From an uncultured Gemmatimonadales bacterium (lineage in GTDB: Bacteria; Gemmatimonadota; Gemmatimonadetes; Gemmatimonadales; GWC2-71-9): 64,000 bases of DNA. This document shows positions 35,825 to 44,314 of this stretch, piece by piece (position 1 is the first letter of the stretch; the number at the start of each line of letters is the position of its first letter). The translations under genes were made by a program, and so were the position numbers. The DNA lies in contig CAVPHS010000001.1 of NCBI GenBank assembly GCA_963704805.1, positions 594,496-658,495 of the forward strand. The letters run 5' to 3'. Below the pieces are notes generated by a model. That model searched no databases. It was not told where the DNA came from and saw only the letters and a program-made list of their open reading frames with translations.

Positions 35825-37390
35825 ATGACCGCGTCGATCAGCCCCGAATTCCTCGTCCTGCAGGAGCTGCTTGCCGGCCGCTATTCGATCGAGCGCGAGC
35901 TTGGCCGAGGCGGTATGGGGATCGTGCTGCTCGCCCGGGATGTGGCGCTCGACCGCCCGGTCGCGATCAAGCTGCTCCCGCCGCACCTCGCGTCGCGCCC
36001 CGACGAACGGGACCGCTTCCTGCAAGAGGCGCGCACCGCCGCCGGCCTCGCGCATCCCAATATCGTGCCGATTCACCTCGTCGAGGCACACGGCGACCTC
36101 GTGTTCTTCGTGATGGGCTTCGTGGACGGCGAGACGCTGCGCGATCGGGTGGAGCGAGCCGGCCCGCTCCCGCCGCGCCTGGCGACGAAGCTGCTGCAGG
36201 AAGTGGCGTGGGCGCTGGGCGCCGCGCATCAGCGCGGCGTGATTCACCGCGACGTGAAGCCCGACAACATCATGATCGAGCGCGCGACCGAGCGCGCGGT
36301 CGTCACCGACTTCGGAATCGCGCTCGGCAGACGCGCGGGGGCGGGGGCCGAACAAAGCACGGACGGCTCAGTCACCGGGACGGCGCGCTACATGAGCCCC
36401 GAGCAGGCGTGCGGCGAGCCGGTGGACGCGCGCAGCGACCTCTACTCCCTGGGCGCGACGTTCTTCTACGCCCTCACGGGCCGGGCACCATTCGAGGCTG
36501 CCAACGTGCCCGCGATCCTGACGAAACACGTCTACGAGATCGCGCCCCAGGTTCACGCGCTCCGGCCCGAGGTGCCCGCCAAACTCTCAGCCGTAATCGA
36601 GCGCCTGCTCCGCAAAGCGCCGCCGGAGCGGTTTCAGACGGCGGACGATCTCGCGCGGGTCGCGGGCGAGCTCGTGGGCCGGGACTTCCGCGCCCCGCCG
36701 CTGGTCCGAGCCTTCATGCGGAACGCGCAGGTCTCGACCATGGTGCTGCTGTCGCTGGCGGTCGCGGGGCAGGGGGCGGGAATAATCGGGGCGATCCTCA
36801 TCATCCAACTGGTCATCGTGGCCCGCCGGCTCTTGAAGGAAGGCTTCGCGTTCGACGACATCCGGGCGGCCTTGCTCGGCGAACGGCAAGTGCAGCAGGA
36901 GGAGGCGGAAGTCACCAAGCAGCGCAGCTGGTTCCGGAAGCTGGACTCGTTGTGGTACCGGATTTGGGCCGGAAAAGTCGGACGCGCATTCTTCCGGCTG
37001 GCGGGGATCGGCCTCACGGCAACCGCACGCCCGGCCCTGCCCTCGGTCGATCGGACCGAACTCGTGCTGGGACGCTCGGCGCTCTCCGCCTATAAGGCGC
37101 TGCCGGACGCGGAGCGGCGCCAGGCGCGAGACCTCCCGGCCGTTGTGGAGCGATTGGAGACCGGCGCAGAGGCACTGCGGGCACGGGGCGACACGGGCGA
37201 ATCGCTCACCGAAGCTGTGGCCGCGCTCGAGCACCTGCGCCTCGCCCTCGTGAAGCAGCAGTCCGGCGTGGGGTCGCCCTCCGATCTTACGCTCGCTCTC
37301 GAGCGCGCCAAGGAGATCGGGGACCACGTCGACCGCCGGCTTGCGGCGGCGGCGGAGGTGCAAGCGCTGCTCGGGGAAGTCAGGCAGTAG
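35825..37390 (+). CDS. Ser/Thr protein kinase with C-terminal TM and helical region
   Basis: GRGGMGIVLLARD, VAIKLL, HRDVKPDNIMI, DFGIA and TARYMSPEQ. ATG at 35825. Confidence 0.85.
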   Translation: MTASISPEFLVLQELLAGRYSIERELGRGGMGIVLLARDVALDRPVAIKLLPPHLASRPDERDRFLQEARTAAGLAHPNIVPIHLVEAHGDLVFFVMGFVDGETLRDRVERAGPLPPRLATKLLQEVAWALGAAHQRGVIHRDVKPDNIMIERATERAVVTDFGIALGRRAGAGAEQSTDGSVTGTARYMSPEQACGEPVDARSDLYSLGATFFYALTGRAPFEAANVPAILTKHVYEIAPQVHALRPEVPAKLSAVIERLLRKAPPERFQTADDLARVAGELVGRDFRAPPLVRAFMRNAQVSTMVLLSLAVAGQGAGIIGAILIIQLVIVARRLLKEGFAFDDIRAALLGERQVQQEEAEVTKQRSWFRKLDSLWYRIWAGKVGRAFFRLAGIGLTATARPALPSVDRTELVLGRSALSAYKALPDAERRQARDLPAVVERLETGAEALRARGDTGESLTEAVAALEHLRLALVKQQSGVGSPSDLTLALERAKEIGDHVDRRLAAAAEVQALLGEVRQ

Positions 37391-37391
37391 C

Positions 37392-37440
37392 CAGCAAACC
37401 GTTCCCAGAAGACGCACAGACGCCACAGGCGCAACAGCGG
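37392..37440 (+). repeat. Family-D ~50-nt conserved noncoding element
   Basis: cagcaaaccgttcccagaagacgcacagacgccacaggcgcaacagcgg, starting 2 nt after the kinase stop. Confidence 0.7.
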
Positions 37441-37516
37441 TCTTCAGTGCACCGTTGATAGGAAATCAAAACCCTCCAGGGCACGGACACGGCAATCCCA
37501 TCACCCCTGTAACGCG

Positions 37517-37645
37517 CTAGGCGGTCGCCTGGTGATCCTTCGGCGGGCGACGGTTCGAAGCCTCGCGACGCTGGATGCGTTTCGCAATCGCGTAGAGAAT
37601 GAGGATGTAGACAGTCATCAACCCGAGAACAACGAATCGAAACAT
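37517..37645 (-). CDS. Small 1-TM peptide with basic tail (module gene 2, second locus)
   Basis: MFRFVVLGLMTVYILILYAIAKRIQRREASNRRPPKDHQATA. Same size and architecture as 9356..9484. Confidence 0.45.
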   Translation of the reverse strand: MFRFVVLGLMTVYILILYAIAKRIQRREASNRRPPKDHQATA

Positions 37646-37655
37646 CGCAATCCCC

Positions 37656-37865
37656 CTAGCGCTCGATTTCAACCCGTATTCCGAGCCATAAACACAATCC
37701 ACTCACGAGCAGTATCCCAATGACGTACATCACCTGCACAGTGAAATCTAGCGCTTCCTTCCCACGCGATGACAGGTCCAGAAGGCCAAACACAAAAACG
37801 AGTACTGCCGCTTCGCGTAAGAACTCCCCGAACATTTCCAGCTTCGATTTTCTCTCGGAGGCCAT
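37656..37865 (-). CDS. Small 2-TM membrane protein (module gene 1, second locus)
   Basis: LEMFGEFLREAAVLVFVFGLLD...VIGILLVSGLCLWLGIRVE aligns by eye with 9172..9366 (VEDAMREVGTLVIAFAPLD...LLFVGSLWLERRR). Confidence 0.5.
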   Translation of the reverse strand: MASERKSKLEMFGEFLREAAVLVFVFGLLDLSSRGKEALDFTVQVMYVIGILLVSGLCLWLGIRVEIER

Positions 37866-38097
37866 AATGCGACGGTGGGTTGAGACAGCGACGTCGACTT
37901 AACCGCGCGAACGCGTCACGGAGTATTTCAGCTCAGGCGCGTGCGTTTTTTGGGTTATGCTCGCGTTTTCGGGCTTCCTATACTAGGCGGGTACTGCCTT
38001 TCGGAGCCTCCACACGAACCGCACTCAGGTAATCCGCAACGTCGCGCTAGCTACCGGCAGAACGTGCATTGCGTGCGGCCGTGCTGCTACTGGTAGA

Positions 38098-38427
38098 GTG
38101 GGCAATTATCCGGTATGTGCCCGCCATCGAATGACGGTGAAGACCCGCGATCCCAACTGGAAATGGAAAAACAACGTTCGAACGCGTCATGCGCGACGCA
38201 TGCACGCGCGGGCATGCGCATGGTGTGGACGACGTCGTGGACTCACTCGACATCATGATTGGTCAAAAGGCAGCTGGGGACATCCGCCGAGACCGGTCGT
38301 GTTGTGCCGCCGGTGTCATCGGATCGCGGACTCGGGATCTGCTTGGAAGGTCTGGCGGTGGCGACTCAAGCTAGCCACTCGCCCCTTGAGACCACTGCTG
38401 GGTCTGCTGCGCCTGTGCGTCTCCTAA
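38098..38427 (+). CDS. Possible small HNH-like zinc-finger protein
   Basis: CAWCGRRRGLTRHHDWSKG...VVLCRRCH gives a CxxC..HH..CxxCH layout. The C-terminus overlaps family-D element 38392-38440, so the coding status is uncertain. Confidence 0.35.
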   Translation: MGNYPVCARHRMTVKTRDPNWKWKNNVRTRHARRMHARACAWCGRRRGLTRHHDWSKGSWGHPPRPVVLCRRCHRIADSGSAWKVWRWRLKLATRPLRPLLGLLRLCVS

Positions 38428-38440
38428 GAACGGTGTGCTG
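38392..38440 (-). repeat. Family-D element
   Basis: Minus strand: cagcacaccgttcttaggagacgcacaggcgcagcagacccagcagtgg, just downstream of the stop of 38453..39457. Confidence 0.7.
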
Positions 38441-38452
38441 CTCGACTCCTCC

Positions 38453-39457
38453 CTACAGCGTCAGATATACAATCTTGACGAAGTCGTCGCCCTTGTATCT
38501 CCCCCCGGCCCAGTCGCCATCCAGATCGGTGAACGGCTTGGCGGCGATGGATTCCTCCAGTGATTTCCCGGACGCCTTGAGCCTCCGTACCCGGTCCGCT
38601 GCCGTGGAGAGCATGTCGCGATACTTCACGAGGTCGGCCCTGGTGGCGAGTCGGCCGTGGCCCGGAACGATCTTGGTGTCCGAGTCGGCCATGCTCAGCA
38701 GGCGGCCCGCCGCCGCGATCATCCCGTCGACCTTGCCGCCGGTCCCGCCGTCGATGAGGGGGTACCTGCCGTTGAAAAACACGTCGCCCGCGTGCAGCAG
38801 GTTGGCGTGCTCGAACCGCAGGATCACGTCGGTGTCGGTGTGCGCCGGCGGCACGTGTGAGACCTCGATCCGCTCGCCGTTTGCCTCGAGCTTGTAACCG
38901 TCCTTGAACACGCGCTGGGGCAGGGCGTTCTTTGGTGAGGGCGGGATGTCGAGCTCGAGTATCGCCATGCGCTGCGGGTGGGACATCCGCCGCTTGGTGT
39001 TCTCGTGGGCCACCACCGTCGCACCGCCGGCATGCAGCGGCGCGTTGTTGTCGGTGTGGTCGAAGTGCCAATGCGTATTGATCACGAACTTCACGGGCGC
39101 GCCCCCGCCTACTCCTTGGAGCGACTCCTGGAGCTTGGGCCACGCCGGCGCGACGAACGTGTCCACCACGATCAACCCCTCGGCGCCGTGCAGCACCACC
39201 ACGTTGCCCCCCGGCCCCGAGAGCAGGGTGAGGTTCTCGGAGAGCCGCTGCGTCTGGATCGGGACGGCGCCGATCTGGGCCCGAAACGCCGCCGTGCGGT
39301 CCTGAGTCGGCCGCTGCGTCCCGAGCGCAGCGAAGGACGCCAGCTCGCGGGGAATCAGCGCGTCGACCACCGCACCCGCGCCGAGCGCGGCCATCACCCG
39401 TAACCACTCGCGTCGCGTCGCGCTCGTCATCGCCCCCGCCGTCCTCTTCCGACTCAT
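38453..39457 (-). CDS. MBL-fold metallo-hydrolase with Tat-type signal
   Basis: TRREWLRVMAALGAGAVV (twin-Arg), INTHWHFDHTDNN (HxHxDH) and PGHG. Confidence 0.8.
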   Translation of the reverse strand: MSRKRTAGAMTSATRREWLRVMAALGAGAVVDALIPRELASFAALGTQRPTQDRTAAFRAQIGAVPIQTQRLSENLTLLSGPGGNVVVLHGAEGLIVVDTFVAPAWPKLQESLQGVGGGAPVKFVINTHWHFDHTDNNAPLHAGGATVVAHENTKRRMSHPQRMAILELDIPPSPKNALPQRVFKDGYKLEANGERIEVSHVPPAHTDTDVILRFEHANLLHAGDVFFNGRYPLIDGGTGGKVDGMIAAAGRLLSMADSDTKIVPGHGRLATRADLVKYRDMLSTAADRVRRLKASGKSLEESIAAKPFTDLDGDWAGGRYKGDDFVKIVYLTL

Positions 39458-39527
39458 CGGCCACCTGCGTGTTCGAGTAGCGGTGCAAATTCCTTCATTT
39501 TTTTCTCTCTAGCAAGCAAGCACGCAC

Positions 39528-39652
39528 GTCATCCCGAGCGCCGTTTGGCGCGCAGCGCCAAGGCGCGAGGGACCTGCTTTTGGATCCATCGCCAACTACA
39601 AAAGCAGGTCCCTCGCTCCGCGCGCCTACGGCGCGCTTCGCTCGGGATGACA
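39528..39652. repeat. Family-B repeats, two inverted copies forming a large hairpin
   Basis: gtcatcccgagcg...gagggacctgctttt and acaaaagcaggtccctcgc...cgctcgggatgacat. Confidence 0.85.
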
Positions 39653-39694
39653 TGCGCGCCTCGCTTGAAAAAGAGAAGGAGAGAAAGGAGAGAA

Positions 39695-39778
39695 TCCGTC
39701 GGCTAAAGCCGCGGCTCGGCAACTACACGAGCCCTTAAGGGCTCACGCCTCCGCCGAGCCGGCGCTTCAGCGCACGGA
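39695..39778. repeat. Family-C long hairpin element
   Basis: tccgtcggctaaagccgcggctcggcaactacacgagcccttaagggctcacgcctccgccgagccggcgcttcagcgcacgga. Confidence 0.85.
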
Positions 39779-39841
39779 AGCACGAAAGCCGGAGAGTGTT
39801 CTGATTGCAATGTCTCGACCGACTGCCAGATTCCGGTCCTC

Positions 39842-41311
39842 ATGACGCCGCCCACTCGTCGCCAATTCCTCCAGACCTCCCTCGCCAGCGCAGCAGCGCT
39901 CACCGGCCTGCCGCTCCGCCTCATCGATCCTCCAGCACCATTCGGCCCGCTCCCCTCACCCCGCCAACTCGCCTGGCATGCGCTCGAGTTCTACGGTTTC
40001 CTTCATTTCACCGTCAACACCTTCACCAACCGCGAATGGGGCGACGGCGACGAATCGCCCGCCATCTTCAATCCGACCGATTTCGACGCCGATCAGATCG
40101 TCGAGGCCGCGAAGACCGGCGGGATGAAAGGGCTGATCCTCACCTGCAAGCACCACGACGGCTTCTGCCTCTGGCCATCGCGCTACACCGACCACTCGGT
40201 GCAACGCAGTCCCTGGCGGGACGGTCGCGGGGACGTCGTGAAAGACATCTCCGAGGCGTGCGCGCGGCACGGCGTGCGGTTCGGCATTTACCTCTCGCCG
40301 TGGGATCGCAATCGCCCGGACTACGGCCGCGCCGAGTATCTCGTGTACTACCGCAATCAGCTGCGCGAGCTGCTGACGGAGTATGGCCCGGTCTTCGAGA
40401 TCTTCTTCGACGGTGCGAACGGCGGCGACGGCTACTACGGCGGCGCCTACGAGCGGCGCGCAATCGACAACCGCACCTACTACGATTGGCCCACGACGTG
40501 GCAGCTGGTGCGCGACCTGCAGCCCGACACCGTGCTCTTCAGCGACGCCGGCCCCGACATCCGCTGGGTGGGCAACGAGAACGGCATCGCAGGCGAGACC
40601 TGCTGGGCGACCCAGAACAGCGAGGGTCTCGCCCCCGGCCGCGCCGATCCGGCGCGCTTAACCCTAGGCGATCGGCCCGGCACACACTGGGTGCCGCCTG
40701 AGTGCGATGTGTCGATCCGGCCCGGCTGGTTCTATCACAAGCACGAGGACGAGCAGGTGAAAACGCCGCGGCAGCTCGTGGATCTCTATTACTCGTCCGT
40801 GGGCCGAGGGGCCTCGTTGCTGCTCAACCTGCCGCCGGACCGCCGCGGCAGGATTCACGAGAACGACGCGCGCTCGCTCGCGGAGTTCCGTCGCATCCTC
40901 GACGCGACGTTCGCCACCGATCTCGCCGCCGGCGCTCGCGTCCAGGCGACGAGCACGCGCGGCTCAGATCCGCGGTTTCAACCTGCCAGTGTGCTCGACG
41001 GCAAGCGCGACACCTACTGGGCGAGCGAGGATGCGGTGCACACACCCGCGCTCACCCTGGATCTCGGCCGAGAGAAGAGCATCAACGTGGTCCGCCTGCG
41101 CGAGTATCTGCCGCTCGGCCAGCGCATCGAGGCGATGGCGCTCGATGCGTGGCAGCACGGCCACTGGGAGGAGTTTGTGCGCGCCACCAGCATCGGCAAT
41201 TGCCGGCTGATTCGGGGGCCGCGACTCACGACGACGCGGGTGCGGCTGCGGGTGACGCGCGCGCCGGTGTGTCCGGCGGTGGCGGAGGTGGGACTGTTCT
41301 TGGAGCCGTGA
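39842..41311 (+). CDS. Alpha-L-fucosidase (GH29) with Tat signal and C-terminal F5/8 type C (discoidin)-like domain
   Basis: TRRQFLQTSLASAAALTG, FYGFLHFTVNTF, LTCKHHDGFCLWPS, and the C-terminal DGKRDTYWAS...VVRLREYL. Confidence 0.8.
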   Translation: MTPPTRRQFLQTSLASAAALTGLPLRLIDPPAPFGPLPSPRQLAWHALEFYGFLHFTVNTFTNREWGDGDESPAIFNPTDFDADQIVEAAKTGGMKGLILTCKHHDGFCLWPSRYTDHSVQRSPWRDGRGDVVKDISEACARHGVRFGIYLSPWDRNRPDYGRAEYLVYYRNQLRELLTEYGPVFEIFFDGANGGDGYYGGAYERRAIDNRTYYDWPTTWQLVRDLQPDTVLFSDAGPDIRWVGNENGIAGETCWATQNSEGLAPGRADPARLTLGDRPGTHWVPPECDVSIRPGWFYHKHEDEQVKTPRQLVDLYYSSVGRGASLLLNLPPDRRGRIHENDARSLAEFRRILDATFATDLAAGARVQATSTRGSDPRFQPASVLDGKRDTYWASEDAVHTPALTLDLGREKSINVVRLREYLPLGQRIEAMALDAWQHGHWEEFVRATSIGNCRLIRGPRLTTTRVRLRVTRAPVCPAVAEVGLFLEP

Positions 41312-41358
41312 GCTACCGTCCAGGCCTTTGTCTCTTCTTCAATAAAGCGCCCGGCGAT

Positions 41359-41468
41359 GTCATCCCTTCGCTGCGCTCAGGGCAGGCTCTGAGCGAGCGC
41401 GCACGCGCGAGCGAAGGACCTGCTTTCGGGAAGCGCGCAAGCGCGCCTTCGGCGCTCAGGATGACACG
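41359..41468. repeat. Family-B repeats (inverted pair, variant loops)
   Basis: gtcatcccttcgctgcgctcagg...gcgaaggacctgctttcggg...ccttcggcgctcaggatgacacgc. Confidence 0.8.
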
Positions 41469-41512
41469 CTCGCTCGCTTACGTGAAAAAAGAAGAAGACA
41501 AAGCCAAACTGG

Positions 41513-41905
41513 CTACGCGGAGACCAATACCGCCGCGGGTGCCGGCCCGGCGTCGACGAGCTGCTTCGTGACGGGTTCGACGCGGAAGTTGAGGCCTTCC
41601 AGAGTGCGAGAGCCCATCAGAGTCAGGTCGCCCGGCTCACCGAAGACCACGTCATCTCCCGTCCGCTTTCCCGCCACGGTGATCACGACGATGCCGGTCC
41701 AGCGCTCGAGCACCGTTCCGTTCGCCTGGCGGAAGCGCCATTGATTGTTGCGCTCCACACCTAACGATTCGAGCACTTCGGTTGGTACCCAACTCAACTC
41801 GGCACCCGTGTCGACCAGGACCGACCGGAGTGTGCGCTTAACGCCCGGCCTGGCCGGATTTTCCAAGTCCATGTCAACGCGAAAGGTCCCCATGTCGTTT
41901 GGCAT
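41513..41905 (-). CDS. Retropepsin-like aspartic protease
   Basis: LVDTGAELSWVP (D-T-G-A active-site motif), ~130 aa single lobe. Start at 41905 or 41893. Confidence 0.65.
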   Translation of the reverse strand: MPNDMGTFRVDMDLENPARPGVKRTLRSVLVDTGAELSWVPTEVLESLGVERNNQWRFRQANGTVLERWTGIVVITVAGKRTGDDVVFGEPGDLTLMGSRTLEGLNFRVEPVTKQLVDAGPAPAAVLVSA

Positions 41906-41995
41906 AGTAGCTCCTGAAGGCACGCCGAGTAGTACCAGATCAATGCGGGTCGTGTCAATGTGTCGAGGGACTTCCTGCAATCTCCACGCTGTAAA

Positions 41996-42045
41996 CCACT
42001 GCTGCGTCTGCTGCGTCTGTGGCGTCTTCTAAAAACGGTGTGCTG
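41996..42045 (-). repeat. Family-D element
   Basis: Minus strand: cagcacaccgtttttagaagacgccacagacgcagcagacgcagcagtgg, upstream of the aspartic protease gene. Confidence 0.7.
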
Positions 42046-42251
42046 ATTGCTATGTCTCTCCCGCGCCAGGTCATGCTCCGCCATTCGGGGGTTTTACCGA
42101 GACGCAAATGATGGGATGACCCAGCGCGGCCACATGTAACCTCACGGACCCAATGGCCCGGGTCACACCATCATGATCGTCAGATGAAATTCCCAAATGG
42201 CGGTTCTGAAACGCTCTCCATACCATGGAACCACTATCGCGGAGGTGGACC

Positions 42252-43502
42252 ATGGTTATGCGTTCCTGGTTCACGTGCTGCGCCCTCACGTCAATCACAG
42301 TTCTGTGGCTCGCTGGTTGCGAAAATCCTCAGCACGATGTCACGAATGCCGCGCTTGCCGACTCGACACTCGACGGCGGCGTCGAAGCGCTGGCCGCGTC
42401 GAGCCTCGGTGAGCCGTTCGCGGACCTCACGCCCGACGAGCAGGCGCGGTTCGAAGCCGGTCAGGACGAGTTCGAAGACGTCGAGACCGTTGAGGATGGG
42501 CTCGGCCCCGTATTCAACGAGGCGTCGTGCGCCACCTGTCACACCAACCCGGTGGGCGGCACGAACAACCGGCTGGAAACGCGCTTCGGCCGGCTCGTGG
42601 CCGGAGTGTTCGATCCGATGACCTTCGCCGGAGGCTCGCTGATCCAGGACCATGCGATTGGCGCGGTCGGTGGCGATCCGCCGACGTACGAGTACCTCGC
42701 CGAGGTCGTACCCGCTGACGCGACGATCCGAACGGGCCGCATCACCACGCCGCTCTTTGGCCTCGGCCTCGTCGACGCGGTGCCCGATGAGGTGTTCCTG
42801 AAGCTCGCGCGCCTTCAGGCCGCCAGAACGCCCTCCACCGCTGGAACACCGAACATGGTGCTCGAAATCAGCACAGGCCAAATGCGCGTCGGCCGATTCG
42901 GCTGGAAGGCACAGGTTCCGACGCTGCATCAGTTCTCGGGTGACGCGTACCTGAACGAGATGGGCATCACGAACCCCGACTTCCCGGCCGAGAGCTGTCC
43001 GCAAGGTGAGTGCGCCACACTGGCGTTCAATCCCGCGCCGGACTTGAACGACGACGGCGACGGCGTCGAGGCGTTCACCGATTTCATGACGTTCCTGGCG
43101 CCCCCGGCTCAGGGGCCGAGATCCGTCCAGGTGGTAAAAGGGGGCGTGCTGTTCAACAAGGTCGGCTGTGCCGACTGTCACACGCCCTCGCTCACCAGCG
43201 GAACCAGCCCTGTCGGGGCGCTGTCGCGCAAGGGGTTCGCCCCGTTCTCGGACTTCCTGCTGCACGACATGGGAAGCCTGGGGGACGGCATCGTCCAGGG
43301 CAACGCGACGGGCAGCCAGATGCGCACGGCGCCACTCTGGGGTGTCCGGACGCGCACGGCGCTGTTACACGACGGGCGGGCGGCGACGGTCGAGGCCGCA
43401 ATCGCCGCGCATGACGGGCAAGGCCGGTCGGCGCGAGACGGGTTCCTCGGGCTCAGCGCTAGCGGCCGCGCGGCGCTGCTCGCATTTGTGAACTCCTTGT
43501 AG
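42252..43502 (+). CDS. DUF1111 di-haem cytochrome c family lipoprotein (paralogue 1)
   Basis: LWLAGCENP lipobox and two CxxCH motifs (CATCH, CADCH). ATG follows GGAGGTGGACC. Confidence 0.8.
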   Translation: MVMRSWFTCCALTSITVLWLAGCENPQHDVTNAALADSTLDGGVEALAASSLGEPFADLTPDEQARFEAGQDEFEDVETVEDGLGPVFNEASCATCHTNPVGGTNNRLETRFGRLVAGVFDPMTFAGGSLIQDHAIGAVGGDPPTYEYLAEVVPADATIRTGRITTPLFGLGLVDAVPDEVFLKLARLQAARTPSTAGTPNMVLEISTGQMRVGRFGWKAQVPTLHQFSGDAYLNEMGITNPDFPAESCPQGECATLAFNPAPDLNDDGDGVEAFTDFMTFLAPPAQGPRSVQVVKGGVLFNKVGCADCHTPSLTSGTSPVGALSRKGFAPFSDFLLHDMGSLGDGIVQGNATGSQMRTAPLWGVRTRTALLHDGRAATVEAAIAAHDGQGRSARDGFLGLSASGRAALLAFVNSL

Positions 43503-43517
43503 ACTCAAAAAGCAGAT

Positions 43518-43601
43518 CCCGTCGGCTAAAGCCGCGGCTCGGCCACTTCACACGCCCTTAAGGGCGCGTGTCTCGGCCGAGCCGGTGCTTCAGCACACGG
43601 A
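43518..43601. repeat. Family-C long hairpin element
   Basis: cccgtcggctaaagccgcggctcggccacttcacacgcccttaagggcgcgtgtctcggccgagccggtgcttcagcacacgga. Overlaps the 3' end of 43558..44211. Confidence 0.85.
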
Positions 43602-44211
43602 GAATCCGTACGCCCGCTACACCTGCCAGTGGAAGCACTATCCCTGTCCCGAACAGCTCCCACCGGAATCGCGGCGGATCGGTGCGCATGAGCGCGTAGC
43701 GGTAATCCACGGTAAACGAGAGCAGCACCAGCACACCGCCAAGGATGGCGAGAGCCCCGGCTGGCCGCGACAGTTGCAGCGCCGGACGAGCGAGGAGCCA
43801 CAGCGATCCGGCCACGAGGCAGAGACTCACGATGACGGGCGCGATGACAGGGCCGAGCCAGGGGACCGGGATGAGGAACAAGACATCCCATGTGAGGAGC
43901 GATGGCGGCCAGCCGATGAAGACCCACAGCCATATATAGTAGAAGAGGTCCCAGATCCCGAACGCGAGCGCGAAGTAGAGGAACGCCTCCCGTAGGTTGC
44001 GGGCGGCGATCGCGGCGACCGCCACGATCATCACCAGCGTCGCCGCCTCGCGACCGACCTCGATCGGGACGAGGTGGGCGGGAATCTCGTGCAGCAGAAC
44101 GGTCAACGGCGCGTCGGGGGGGGGGTGCAGCGCGCGCAAGTACACGACCACGGCGGACTCGACCGCGGCCATCGCGGTCGCGTAGAGCGCGACCCACCAG
44201 GCGTTTCTCAT
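43558..44211 (-). CDS. Hypothetical polytopic membrane protein
   Basis: Six or more hydrophobic segments. The last ~15 codons are read from the family-C element. Confidence 0.55.
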   Translation of the reverse strand: MRNAWWVALYATAMAAVESAVVVYLRALHPPPDAPLTVLLHEIPAHLVPIEVGREAATLVMIVAVAAIAARNLREAFLYFALAFGIWDLFYYIWLWVFIGWPPSLLTWDVLFLIPVPWLGPVIAPVIVSLCLVAGSLWLLARPALQLSRPAGALAILGGVLVLLSFTVDYRYALMRTDPPRFRWELFGTGIVLPLAGVAGVRILRVLKHRLGRDTRP

Positions 44212-44217
44212 GTCTCC

Positions 44218-44272
44218 ACAAGCAGGTCCTTCGCTACGCGCGCGTTCCGCGCGCTCCGCTCAGGATGACAGG
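44218..44272. repeat. Family-B repeat
   Basis: acaagcaggtccttcgctacgcgcgcgttccgcgcgctccgctcaggatgacagg. Confidence 0.8.
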
Positions 44273-44314
44273 CTCGCTCCCTTAACGAGAAAGAAATGAA
44301 AAAGATGACGCGCG

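Noticed and set aside
42291-43265. 324-aa minus-strand ORF opposite DUF1111 paralogue 1 (and 55155..56150 opposite paralogue 2)
   Set aside because: These are mirror ORFs of a well-supported plus-strand gene. Their conservation between the two loci is explained by the plus-strand paralogy.
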